Source of the DNA: the human T2T-CHM13v2.0 reference genome, Homo sapiens
DNA: 64,000 nt
Direction: 5' to 3' (one strand)
Assembly (NCBI RefSeq): GCF_009914755.1
Contig: NC_060938.1
This document shows positions 1 to 12,888 of this stretch, one piece after another. The notes under the pieces are model-generated. The model was not told where the DNA came from. It saw nothing but the letters and a program-made list of their open reading frames with translations, and ran no database searches. How positions within the stretch are numbered: the first letter of the stretch is position 1; each line of letters begins with the position of its first letter. The translations under genes and the position numbers were made by a program.

Positions 1-1200
1 TGAAGTGTCCATTTAAGATGTGGCCTATTTGTTTTATTGAAATTATTTATTTATTATTTTAACTGAATTGCAGAAGTTCTTAATATACTCTAGATTTTAA
101 ATTTAATGATTAGCAATTTTTATGACCTGTCGAGAAAATTGTGCCACTAAGGTCACAAAGATTTTATCCAATGTTTACTTATAAAAGTTTTATATTTAGT
201 GGCCACTTACATTATCGGTCCTTTTTGATGTTTTAGCAATTATAAATAATAAACAATTCCATTAAAATAAATTTTATTTCACCTAGTGTTCAAAGTTACA
301 CTTTTGCTTTCCTTAGGTTTATTTATCTTAGAATATCTTCTTCCATTCCTTTACTATCAAGCTTTCTTTATCTACCACTGTCCTCTTTCAAAATGTGTTC
401 ATGGTTGTTACATAATGCTGGATCTTGTTTTTACAAATTTTTAGGATTTCTCTTTTGGTAAATGAATTTAACTTATTTACATTTATTTTAATCAGTGAAT
501 AGATACAATATTCTTCTGTACATATGCAAATTGTATAAGTTTGACTTTTTGTGCTTCACTTAACATGTCATTTATAAAGGTCATTTAAAACCTTTTCCTC
601 TATTACTTTCTTGACATAATGAAAATTTCCTTCCTGTCAAAATACCTGGCATATATTCATTTCCTGATTGTTCCCTCAGTACTCCAACCTCCAAAACCAT
701 CATTTGGTATTGTTTTATTCAGTTATGCATTCTTTTGAATTTTTTTATTATACATTTAGATAATAGTATAATTCAGTAAGTTATTTACTGACCCTTACAC
801 ACAATTTACATATTAGCATCCTCTTAGATTTATCACAATCCTTATTTGGTTATTCCCTCCATTTATAATTTTGATTAGGTTCTTTTGTTGTAAAACTTTT
901 GAGACTTTTTGTGTTATTAAAAATAACTTTATATGTTTATTTAAAATTAGTTTGCTAGTATAAAATTATGGCATTTATTTATTTAAGTTATTTTTCCTTA
1001 ATAACTTGAAAATGATGTAACACTGTTTTCTTGCCTGCAGTGTAAGTGATTCCTCATGTCAATAGGTTGCTTGCTCATTTAGGGCAAAAGCTTTCTCTAG
1101 AAGCTTTGGGAAATGTCATGGTATTTTAGATACTCTTGCTTGAATTTCACTATAATTTATAATTTATCTAGATGTATGTGTGCATATTGATAAATCTTTT
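1..1200 (-). mobile_element. Highly degraded old L1M fragments (antisense)
   Basis: T-rich antisense L1-like phrases such as 'ggtcacaaagattttatccaatg' and 'cactgttttcttgcctgcagtg'. Boundaries are approximate. Confidence 0.4.
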
Positions 1201-1334
1201 TGGATTGTTTTTATCTTGTATATATATATATAAGATTATATAAAACTTGAATTTTCTATCCTTTGTCTATATATAAAATATAAAAACTATATGTAAAACT
1301 ATATAAAAACTTTATATATAAAGGGTCAAGCAGA

Positions 1335-1697
1335 GAGACATTTAGTATAAGGAAATGGCTCATGTGGTTGTAGACTTATGAGGTTGTATGGGCTGGCAAG
1401 CTAAAATTCTGTAAGGCAGTCCAATATACTGAAAATAGGCAGCAGTTAAATGCTGCAGTCTTGAGGCAAAATTTCTTCTTCAATGGGAAACCTCAAGTTT
1501 TCCTCTGAAAGCTTTCAACTGATTGGATGATCCTCACCCACATTATTGAGGATAATCTCCTTCACTTAATGTCAAAAGGTTGTAGATCTTAACCACATGT
1601 ATAAAATACTTTCATAGCAACACCTAGTAGGTTTGATTTGATTAAATAACTGGTTACGGTGACCTGGCCAAGTTAATATATAAAATTGACTATCACA
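1335..1697 (-). mobile_element. MLT2-type (ERVL) LTR
   Basis: Ends in 'gccaagttaatatataaaattgactatcaca', the reverse complement of the MLT2 start TGTGATGGTTAATTTTATGTGTCAACTTGGC. Internal 'ttcaactgattggatga..cccacattattgagg'. Confidence 0.75.
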
Positions 1698-3230
1698 GCT
1701 ACCTTTCCAGTTTTAAGGAGGCACTGACTTACCTAGTAAATAGGGAAGAGAAAAGATCCCCCAAGCATTCCCCATCGAAGATGTCCAATGAACTTATCTG
1801 AACTGCCCATTTTCACACACATGGAGAAACAATGACTTTCTTCTTCGCCAAAAGTTCATAATTTTACATTTTGTTCTTTGATCCATCAATGTCTTTTTAT
1901 TTATATTGTATATGTAGGACTGCCTTGGAGGAAGGAGCCAAATGTCCATATGAGTTTTCCATATTCTCTGAAAATAGAAGACTTCAAAGAAGTTTGGGTA
2001 CAAAAACTACATTAAACTTCCTTTCAATTTATCTGGAATAGACAAGCATGCCACATATCTACTCTGCATGACAATTTGCTTTAAGGGGATAGTGAAGAAA
2101 TAGTGAACTATTAGGAGGCTCTTCTGTTAAAATTTTTGTCACAGAAATTTCTTCATTTACAGTGACTGTTCCTTTGTACAAATATAAGTAGGCATATAGA
2201 AGATATTTTTTGGGGGGGGATATGTTTCCATAGTTAAAAACTTAGAATCACCTATATGCTGATCGATGCTCTGAATCCTAGAAGAGCTTCCCAAATAACA
2301 TCAAAACATCAACAAAAGGCACAAAAGGACTAGTGTCAGCAGTAAAATCTACTTAGATTATTGTGATCTATATCTTTTAATGAGATTCATTTCCAAATCT
2401 ATTTGGAGGCCCTGCCAAGTTTTCTGAAAAAGCCTTCTAAAAGTATTTTAGGACAACTACATAAAATTAGAGTTCTTCAGTAAGCTGATGGAGTGGCTAG
2501 ACCTTTGGAAACTCTAAAGTAATGGTCCTCAAACATTAGTGTTTATACATGACTTATCTGTTGACTACAGGCAATTCTTAAAGAGGTGGTTTATATTAAA
2601 CTATGCTTTATAACATGATTCTCTATTATTACCATATTTTTTGATGCTCTTTCACATGGGAACTCTATCTGAAGCAGGAAGAGATCTTCAAGGCAAATTC
2701 AGTTCCTCAAATCAAAATTCAAACCTCAACATGATTATATGATTTCTAGAGATCTTGATCAAGTTAGAGGATTCAGTTAATGCAATATATATTATGGAAT
2801 CCAAATTTCCCAAACATTCAGATACAAAAATTTGTGGCAAAATGACAACACGTAATTTGTTTCTTTCAAACTGTTTAAATATTAGGTAATGTTTTTCTAC
2901 AGAACAAAATAATGTCAATGAAATTTTGAGTTCAGGTGATGATATAATCTTTCTTCAAATAATTGGTCATTTTGTTCTTTTTTAACAAAAGGAAACAAGG
3001 AAACTTGTGTTGTGCTTTTCATGCCTTTTCCTCTTTTATAAAAACAAAATTTGAGGCATAGTTTGAAAACTACCAAAAATTTGAAGATTAACATTAATCA
3101 CATAATTCAGATATTATGACTATTCATATAGTATTACCATTAATATTTTGGTGTGTATCTTTGTTGGTTTTGTTGTTGTAAATATATATCTATATGTTTC
3201 TATATTTAACCATCTCTAATATCTAAGTAA

Positions 3231-3552
<322 letters not shown>

Positions 3553-3929
3553 ATATATAACGTATAATTTTTAGAATATCTATTTTACTTATCCTATTTC
3601 AAGCTTTTTCTATAACCTTACATCTTCTTCAATAACATAATTTCAATGAATATATCTTGTGGAGGTATCATAATGAATTTATTTGCATTAAATATCTCAT
3701 TCTGTTTTGTTTCATAGTGATATAATCCTATAATGGTTAGGTCTGCTCTTTTACGATGTGTATAGATTTAGTATTTAGACCAATCTGAGTACTTTCTCTA
3801 TTATTTTATGTATTTGTCTTTTTAATATTCCTTGCATTTACTCCCTCTGACAGTATTTATAAAATCTTTTTCTATTTTATTCTTTAATTATTTGTAAGAT
3901 ATTCTAGTAGTGGCTAGTATTATGCTATT

Positions 3930-5635
3930 TTAATTTTAATTTTTTTCTTTTAACTTTTATTTTAGGTTCAAGGGATATATGTGCATGTTTGTTATGTGGT
4001 AAATTGTGTGTAGCAGGAGTTTGGTGTACTGGTAATTTTGTCACACAGGTAGTCAGCATAATATCCTATAGGTAGTTTTTTTAATCTTCATCTTCCTGTC
4101 ACCCTCTACTCTCAACTAGGCCTCAGTGTCTGTTGTTCCCATCTTTGTGTGCTTGTGTACTCAACGTTTAGCTCCATCATGCAGTATTTAGTTTTCTGTT
4201 CCTGCATTAATTCACTTAGGATAGTGGCTTCTAGCTCCATTCATGTTGCTGCAAAGGGCATGATCTTATTTTTTTTTAAATAGCTGCATAGTACTCCATT
4301 GTAAATATGTGCGAAGTTTTCTTTATCCAGCCCACCGCTGATGAGCATCTAGGTTGATTTCTTGTCATTGCTCTTGTGAAAAGGGCGGTGATGAACATAT
4401 GTATGCATCTGTGTTTATGGTAGAACAATTTATATTTATTTGGGCATATACCCAGTAATGGGATTGCAGGGTCTAATTGTAGTTCTATTTTAAATTCTTT
4501 AAGAAATCTCCAGACCCCTTTCCAAAGTGGCTGAACTAATTTACATTCCCACTAGCAGTGTATAAGCATTCTCATTTCTCTGCAACCTCATCAACATCTG
4601 TTATTTTTTGGCTTTTTAATAATAACCATTCTGATTGGTGTGAGATGATATCTCATTGTAGTTTTAATTTGCATTTCCCTAGTGATTAGTGATATTGAGA
4701 ATTTTTTTGTATGCTTTTTGGCCATGTGTTTGTCTTCTTTTGAGAGGTGTCTATTCATGTCCTTTGACTATTTTCTAATGAGGTTATTTTTTGTTTGTTT
4801 GTTTTTGTTTTTTCTTGTTGATTTCTTTGAGTTTCTTATATATTCTAGATATCAGACCATTGTCAGATGCAGAGTTTGCAAATATTTTCTCCCATTCTGT
4901 AGGTTGTGTGTTTACTCTGTTGATAGTTTCTTTTGCTGTGCAGGAGCTCCTTAGTTTAATTAAGTCTCATTTGTCAATTTTTGTTTTTATTGCAATTGAT
5001 TTTGGAGACTTCATCATGATGTCTTTGCCTGGGCTAGGACTTCCAGTACAATATTGAATATGAGTGATGAGAGGGGGTATCTTTGTCTTGTTTTGGTTCT
5101 CAAGAGGAATACTTTCAGTTTTTGCCCATTAAGTGTGATGTTGGCTGTGGGTTTGTTGAAGATATTTCCTATTATTTTGAGGAATGTGCCTTTGATGCCT
5201 AGTTTGTTGGCCTTTTCTGTGTCTATTGAGATGATCATGTGGTTTTTTTAGTTCCGCTTATGTAATAAATCACGTTTATTAATCTGTGTGTGTTGAAACA
5301 ACCTTGCATCCCAGGAATAAAGCCTACTTGATTGTGGCTGATTAGCTTTTTAATATGCTGCTGGTTTTGATTTGCCAGTGTTTTGTTTAGGATGTTTGCA
5401 TCTATATTCATCAGGGTTATTGGTTTGAAGTTTTCTTTTTTCATGATGTCTCTGCCAGGTTTTCGTATCAGAATAACACTGGCCTCATAGAATGAGTTAG
5501 GGAGGAGTGCCTCCTCCTTGAGTTTTTAGAATACTTTAAGTAGGATTGGTACCAGCTCCTCTTTATTCATCTGGTAGAATTTGGCTGTGAATCCATTTGG
5601 TCCAGAGGTTTTTCTGGTTGGTGGGTTTTTTAATA
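3930..5635 (-). mobile_element. 5'-truncated old L1PA (PA15/16-like) with internal ~0.94-kb deletion
   Basis: Antisense L1 3'UTR and ORF2. ORF-track peptides 5014-5444 are L1 ORF2p (e.g. '[13 protein letters not shown]', '[10 protein letters not shown]'). Confidence 0.9.
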
Positions 5636-6112
5636 CTAGTGTGTATGCTATTCTCTTAGTCATTGACATCTTTAAGCAGCACTATAGTTTTTCACATTTA
5701 TTTGCAGACTGGTCAGCAACCAATTGTGTCTAATGACTAAACAGTTACAAACATCATATTACTATTAGTATAATAAAATGAGAACAAATTTTCCATAAAC
5801 ATTAAAGTTTGGGGTCATTTAAAAAATTTACATAAGTAAGTCTAAAACAACAGGTAAAATCGTAAACAAATTTGCGTAGGTAAATAAAAAATAGCAGTGT
5901 GCTTTTTAAAATTTTTTCTAAACTCGGTTTTAAACTCCCACATACTGCCCTTCTGAGAAATATAAATTTGTCTGGTTGTCAAGAATGTGCTTACCTATTA
6001 ACTATACTAAATATTATTTTTAATCATTTTTGTGTTTTAAAGGATGTAAGTTTGCTAAGTATATCTTAACAAAACTTGTTAAGAACAAAGCATTCACCAT
6101 TATGATGACTGG

Positions 6113-6156
6113 TATCATGAAAACCCCAAATACTTATCATGAAAACCCCAAATGCT
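6113..6156. repeat. 22-bp tandem duplication
   Basis: tatcatgaaaaccccaaatact / tatcatgaaaaccccaaatgct (1 mismatch). Confidence 0.9.
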
Positions 6157-6539
6157 TAAATGCTGAAAGAGATGTCTGAAAAAATAACTTTGGGTGGGTT
6201 TTGAGAGCAGGCATACAGGATCGAAATGAGTCATGGGGCTTGTGTAGGGCATGTGGGCTCGAGGTTGCTAGCTGTGAAAAGGTGAGGTGCTAGTTCTACA
6301 GATGGACAGAAGGTCTGGATGGAATCTTTCAGACTGCTATGGCAACTTTCAGGCTGCTGTACTTTCAATGCCAGAGGATGGGGGTCAGCCTCTATTAATG
6401 TATAGCCCCTCTGATAGCAAAGTTTTTCCCTTTTTTGTAGGGAGCTCTTCATTTCTTGGGTAAATTCTACAATTCTCCTTTTTAACAGTTATTCCCTTGC
6501 TTTAGCCTGTTCCTCATTCCTAAAAGTTTGCTCTTTTTT

Positions 6540-7896
6540 TCATTTCTTTTTCAATATTTTCAATATTTTTCTAAAATATTTTCAATATTTTAGATACAGC
6601 GGGCACACATGCAGATTTATTAAATGGGAATATTGCATGATGCTGTGGTTTGGGGTATGGATCCTATCACCAGATGGTGAGCACAGTGTCTAATAGGTAG
6701 TTTTTCAACGTATTCCCCCTCCCTTCCTCCACCCTCAAGTAGTCTGCAGTGTTTATTCTTTCCATATTTATGTCCATGTACGCTCAATGTTTAGTTTTCA
6801 CTTATAAGTGAGAACATATGGTATTTGGTTTTCTGTTTCTATGTTAATTCACTTAGTATTATGGCCTCCAGATCCATCCACACTGTTACAAAGGACATAA
6901 TTTTATCCTTTTTGTGGCTGTGTAGTATTCCATGGTGATTATGTATCACATTTTCTTTATCCAATCTACCATTGATGGGCACCTGGGTTGATCCCATGTC
7001 ATTGTTATTGTGAATAGTGCAGTGATGAACATACAAGTGCATGTGTCTTTTTGGTAGAGTGATTTATTTTCATTTGGGTATATGCTTAATAATGAGATTG
7101 CTGGGTACAATAGTAGCTCTGTTTCAATTTCCTTAAGAAATTTCCAAAATGCTTTCCACTGTGACAGGACTAATTTACATTACCACCAGCAGTTTATATC
7201 ATTCCTTTTTCTCTGCAGCCTCACCAGCATCTGTTGTCTTTTGACTATTTAATGATTCCTCTTTGTGGTTTTGATTTACATTTCTCTGATCATTAGTGAT
7301 GTTGAGCATTTTTTCATGTTTGTTGGCCACATGTATGTTTTCTTTTGAGAAGTGTTTGTTCATGTCCTTTGCCCATTTTTTAATGGGGTTATGTGTTTTG
7401 TGTTTGTTGATTTGTTTAAGTTTCCTATAGATTCTGGATGTTAGACTTTGTTGGATGCGTAGTTTGAGAATATCTTTTTCCCATTCTGTAGCTTGTCCGT
7501 CTGCTCTGTTGATAGTTTCTTTTGTTGTACAGAAGCTCTTTAGTTTAATTAGGTTCCACTTGTCTGTTTTTTTTTTTCTTTTTGCAATAGCTTTTGTGGA
7601 CTTTGTTGAGAATTCTTTGCCAAGGCTAATGTCAAGAAGAGTATTTCCTAGGTTGTTTCCCAGGATTTTTATAATTTGAGGCCTGCCCTTTAAATCTTGG
7701 ACACATCTTGAGATAATTTTTGTATGTGGTGAAAAGTAGGGGTCCTAGCTAGTTATCTCAGCAGCATTTCTTGAATAGGAAGTTCTTTTCCTATTGCTTT
7801 TGTCAGCCATGTCAAAAATCAGATGTTTGTTGGTGTGTAGCTTTATTTCTGAGTTTTCTATTCTTTCCTTTGGGTCTGTGTGTCTGTTTTTATGCC
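6540..7896 (-). mobile_element. L1PA16-like element, non-inverted 3' segment of a twin-primed insertion
   Basis: Antisense 3'UTR ('tgcatgatgctgtggtttggggta') and ORF2 C-terminus. Ends at 'ctgtttttatgcc'. Confidence 0.9.
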
Positions 7897-8316
7897 TATT
7901 CTCACATTCCTTTTCAAAATAGTATTAGAAATCATAGCCAGAGCAATCAGGCAAGAGAAATAAATAAAAGGCATCCAAATAGGAAAAAAAAAACCCTCAA
8001 ACTATCATTCTTTGCTGACAATATGATTCTGTACTCAGAAAGTCCTATAGACTCTGCCAAAAGGCTCCTAGAACTGTTAAACAGCTTTAGCAAAGTTTCA
8101 AGATACAAAATCAATATACAAACATCAGTAGTATTTCTATACATAATCAATGTTCAGGCTGAGAGTGAAATCAAGAACAAAATCCCACTTACAAGAACCA
8201 CAAAGAAAATGAAATCCCTAGGAAATTCGCCTAACCAAGGAGGTAAAAGATCTCTACAAGGAGAATTACAAAACACTGCTAAAAGGAATCAGGGACAACA
8301 CAAAGGGAAAACATTT
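7892..8316 (+). mobile_element. Inverted ORF2 segment of the same L1, part 1
   Basis: Sense ORF2 RT region. ORF 7771-8340 contains 'KLSFFADNMILY'. Confidence 0.85.
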
Positions 8317-9643
8317 GGTGGAGCCAAGACGTTCAAATAGAGTAAGCTCCATTCTGCAGCTCCCACTAAAAAGCAAAAAACTGTGAGTGCACTTTGCGTC
8401 TTCAATTGAGGTACAACAGCTCTCTGATTAGGACTGACTAGGTGGTTGGTGTGACCCACTGAGAGTCAGCAAAAACAGGGTGGAGTAAGACCCCACCCAC
8501 CCACCTGGGAACTGCAGGTGCCAAAGGGAACTCTCTCCCCCAGCCAAGGGAGATGGTGAGGAATTGTGCTTCCTCTCCCTGAAAACCAGGTTTTCCCCAG
8601 GGATCCTTGCAACCTATGGATTAGGAGGTCACTTCCTGAGCCACGCTTCCAGAGTCTTGGTTCCCAAACACAAAGCTGTGGAGAATCATGGTAACTGCTC
8701 AGGTGGACTGCTCATATGGGTGGCCACTTTGAGCAGGCACTGAGACACAGGAGTATTTGCATACTCCGACTCCGGGAATTCCCATGAGGCAGGAGACCCA
8801 TCCACTCTTGTGGGAAGGGGGCTGAAGACAGGGAGACAAGCAGCCTCGCTCTCAAGGAATTCCACAAGCTAATACCCACTAGTTTGGTATCTCTGCTGGC
8901 CAGCACGGCTGGCTAGAAACTGCTTAAGAAGACTGAGTTCCCTGGGGGGAGGGGTGGCCGCCATCACCATGGCTCCAGTGGCTGCTTTCCCTTGCCGCTG
9001 GTGCCAGCGAGATGGGGTGGGACTCAGATCCACTCCTCACTGGGTGGGGCATCCCTGTGGGAATCTCAGCATCCCCAGCCAGGGGTTTATGGATAGAACA
9101 CTGATAACCCTGAGAGGAGCCCCTGGGAGGAGGGCTGGCTGCAGTATCCTGGATCAGTGATCTTAGTCGTTTCTGCCTGCTGGGTCTGGAGAGTCAGGGC
9201 AGCCCAGAAGAGGGGGATTTCCCTCAGTGCAGCATACCCACCCTGCCAAGAGGCAGATAGACTGCTTATTTAAGTGGATTTCTGACCCCACTCCTCCTAA
9301 CTGAGTGAGAACTCCCAACAGGAGTCTCCAGACACCTCATACAAGAATGTTCCAGCCAGCATCAGGCCATGGCCCTCTGGGAAAGAGCTCCCAGAGGAAG
9401 GAGCAGGCTGCCATTTTTGCTGGTCTGCAGCCTCCACAGGTGATATCTACAGGGATGGGAGAGACTCAGGTGAATAGGGGCTGGAGTGGACCCCAAGCAA
9501 ACCACAGCAGTGCTACAGAAGACGGGCCTGACTACTAAAAGAAAACAAAAGCAGAAAGCAACAATATCAATGAGAAAGACACCACAAAAACCCCATCTAA
9601 AAGTCAGCAGCCTCAAAGACCAAAGGTAGTTAAACCCATGAAG

Positions 9644-10665
9644 ATGAGAAAGAATAAACACAAAAATGCTGAAAACTCAAAAAGCCAGAGTGCCTCTTCT
9701 CCTCCAAAAGATTGCAACAAGTCTCCAGCTGAGCTTAGAATGGGTCTGAGGCGGAGATGTAAGAATTGACATAAGCAGGCTTCAGAAGATGGGTGACAAT
9801 GAACTTTGCCAAGCTAAAGGATGATGGTCTAACTCACTGCAAAGAAGCTAAGAACCATGATAAAACATTACAGGAGCTGTTAACCAGAATAACCAGTCTG
9901 AAGAGGAACATAAATGATCAGATGGAGCTGAAAAACACAACACAAGAACTTCAAAATGCAAACACAAGTACCAATAGCCAAATAGACTAAGTGGAAGAAA
10001 GGATATCAGAGCTTGAAGACTATCTTGCTGAAATAAGTCAAATAAGATTAGAGAAAAAATAATGAAAAGGAATGAACAAAACCTCTTAGAACTATGGGAT
10101 TATATTAAAAGACTGAACCTAAGTATGATAGGGGTACCTGAAAGAGACAGGGAAAACAGAACCAAGTTGGAAAACATGCTTCAGGATATCATCCAGGAGA
10201 ACTTCCACAACCTAGAAAAACAGGCCAATATTTAAATTCAGGAAATCCAGAGAACTCTGGTAAAATACTCCACAAGAAGAATAACCCCAAGACACATAAT
10301 CATAAGATACTCCAAGGTTGAAATGAAAGAAATAATGTTAATGGCAGCTAGAGACAAGGGTCAGGTCACCTATAAAGGGAAGCCCATTAGAATAATAGCA
10401 GAAGCCACAGAAACCCTACAGGCCAGAAGAGATTGGGGGCCAATTTTCAACATTCTGAAAGAAAAGAATTTCCAACCTAGAATTTCATATCCGGCCAAAC
10501 TAAGCTTTATAGGTGAAAGAGAAATCTTTTTTTCTGTTTCAGACAAGCAAATGCTGAGGGAATTCATCACCACCAGGCCTGCCTTGTAAGACCTCATGAA
10601 GGAGGCACTAAATATGGAAAGGAAAAAACTGTTACCAGCTGCTACAAAAAAACACACTGAAATAC
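9644..10665 (+). pseudogene. L1 ORF1p remnant (stops and frameshifts)
   Basis: Peptides 'KGQVTYKGKPIR..ETLQARRDWGPIFNILKEKNFQPRISYPAKLSF' and coiled-coil 'MELKNTTQELQ'. Confidence 0.9.
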
Positions 10666-10782
10666 ACAGACCAGTGACACTGTGAAGCAAAAACATAAAC
10701 ACGTCTGCAAAATAACCAACTAGCATCATGATGTCAGAATCAAATTCACACATAACAATATTAATGTTCAATGTAAATGGGC

Positions 10783-10964
10783 TAAATGTCCCAGTTACAT
10801 TTGCCTCAATTACAATTACACAGTAATTGTAATTGCCCCAATTACAACTACAGTAACCCAGTGGCAAGCTGGATAAATGTCCCAGTTACATTTGCCTCAA
10901 TTACAATTACACAGTAATTGTAATTGCCCCAATTACAACTACAGTAACCCAGTGGCAAGCTGGA
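10783..10964. repeat. Perfect 2 x 91-bp tandem duplication with internal 13-bp-stem hairpin
   Basis: Units 10783-10873 and 10874-10964 are identical by inspection. Each contains caattacaattac-aca-gtaattgtaattg. Confidence 0.95.
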
Positions 10965-12780
10965 TAAAGAGTCAAAACCCATGGGTGTGCTGTTCAAGAT
11001 ACCCATCTCACATGCAAAGACACACATAGACTGAAAACAAAGGGATAGAGGAAAATATATCAAGCAAATGGAAAACAGAAAAAAGCAGGGTTTGCAATGG
11101 TAGTTTCTGACAAAATAGACTTTTAACCAACAAAGATCAAAAAAGACATATTGGTAAAGGGGACAATTCAACAAGAAGAGCTAACTATCCTAAATATACA
11201 TGCACCCAATACAGGAGCACTTAGATTCATAAAACAAGTTCTTAGAAACCTACAAAAAGACTTAGACTCCCATACAATAATAGTGGAAGAATTTAACATT
11301 CTGCTGTCAATATTAGACAGATCATTGAGACAGAAAATTAACAAAGATATTCAAGAATTGAACTCAGCTCTGGATCAAGTGGACCTGATAGATATCTACA
11401 GACATTTCCACCCCAAAACAACAAAATATACATTCCTCTTCGTGCCACATGGCACTTACTCTAAAACTGATCACATAATTGGAAGTAAATCACTCCTCAG
11501 CAAATGCAAAAGAACTGAAATCATAACAAAAAGTATCTCAGACAACAATGTGGTCAGATTAGAACTCAAGAGTAGGAAACTCACTCAAAACCACACAATT
11601 GTGTGGAAATTGAACAACCTGTTCCTGAATGACTCCTGAGCAATAATAAAATTGAGGCAGAAATCAAGAAGTTCTTTGAAACCAATGAAAATAAAGAGAC
11701 AACATACCAGGATCTCTGGTATGCAGCTAAAGCAGTGTTAAGAGGGAAATTTACAGCACTAAATGCCCACATCAAAAGCTAGAAAGATCTCAGTTGACAC
11801 CCTAGCATCACAACTAAAAGAACTAGAGAACCAAGAGCAAATAAATCCTGAAGCTAGCAAAAGACAAGAAATAACCAAGATTGGAGAGGAAATGAAGGAG
11901 ATAGAAACACGAAAGACTCTAAAAAAAATCAATGAATCCAGGAGCTGGTATTTGAAAAAAATTAATAAAATAGATTGACTGCTAACTAGACTAATAAGGA
12001 AGAAAAGAGAGAAGAATCAAATAGACACAATAAAAAATGATAAAAGGAATATTACCACTGACCCCACAGAAATACAAATAACCATTAGAATATACTATAA
12101 ATAGCTATGCAAAAAACTAGAAAACATAGAAGAAATGGATAAATTCCTGAACACATACACCCTCCCAAAACTAAACCAGGAAGAACTTGAATTCCTGAAT
12201 AGACCAATAATGAATTCTGAAATTGAGGCAGTGATAAATAGCCTACCAACCAAACAAAGCCCAGGACCAGATAGATTTACAGCTGAATTCTACCAGAAAT
12301 ACAAAGAGGGGCTGATAACACTTCTTCTGAAACTATTCCAAACAATTGAAAAGGAAGGACTCCTCCCTAACTCACTCTATGATGCCAGCATCATCCTGAT
12401 ACCTAAACCTGGAAGAGATACAACAAAAAAAGAAAAGTTTAGGCCAATATCCCTGATGAACATCAATGCAAAAATTCTTAATAAAATATTGGCAAACTGA
12501 AACCAGTACCACATCAAAATGCTTATCCACTACGAGCAAGTTGGCTTAATTCCCGGGATGCAAGGTGGTTCAACATATGCAAATCAATAAATGTAATTCA
12601 TCACATAAACAGAACCAATGACAAAAACCACATGATTATCAACGCAGGAAAGGCCTTCGAGAAAATTCAACATCTCTTTATGTTAAAAACTCTCAATAAA
12701 CTAGGTATTGAAGGAACCTACCTCAAAATAATAAGAGCCATTTATGACAGACCTACAGCCAATATCATACTGAATGGGCA

Positions 12781-12888
12781 AAAGCTAGAAGCATTCCCCT
12801 TGAAATCTGGCACAAGACAAGGATACTCTCTCTTAAAGCTAGAAGCATTCCCCTTGAAATCTGGCACAAGACAAGGATACTGTCTCTT
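12781..12888. repeat. 2 x 54-bp in-frame tandem duplication in L1 RT
   Basis: [18 protein letters not shown] / [18 protein letters not shown], with 1 nt difference. Confidence 0.95.

Noticed and set aside
10783-10964. CRISPR-like or Cys-rich peptide interpretation of the 91-bp repeat
   Set aside because: Two abutting identical units with no spacers, in eukaryotic L1 context. The 'YCSCNWGNYNYC' peptide is an antisense by-product.
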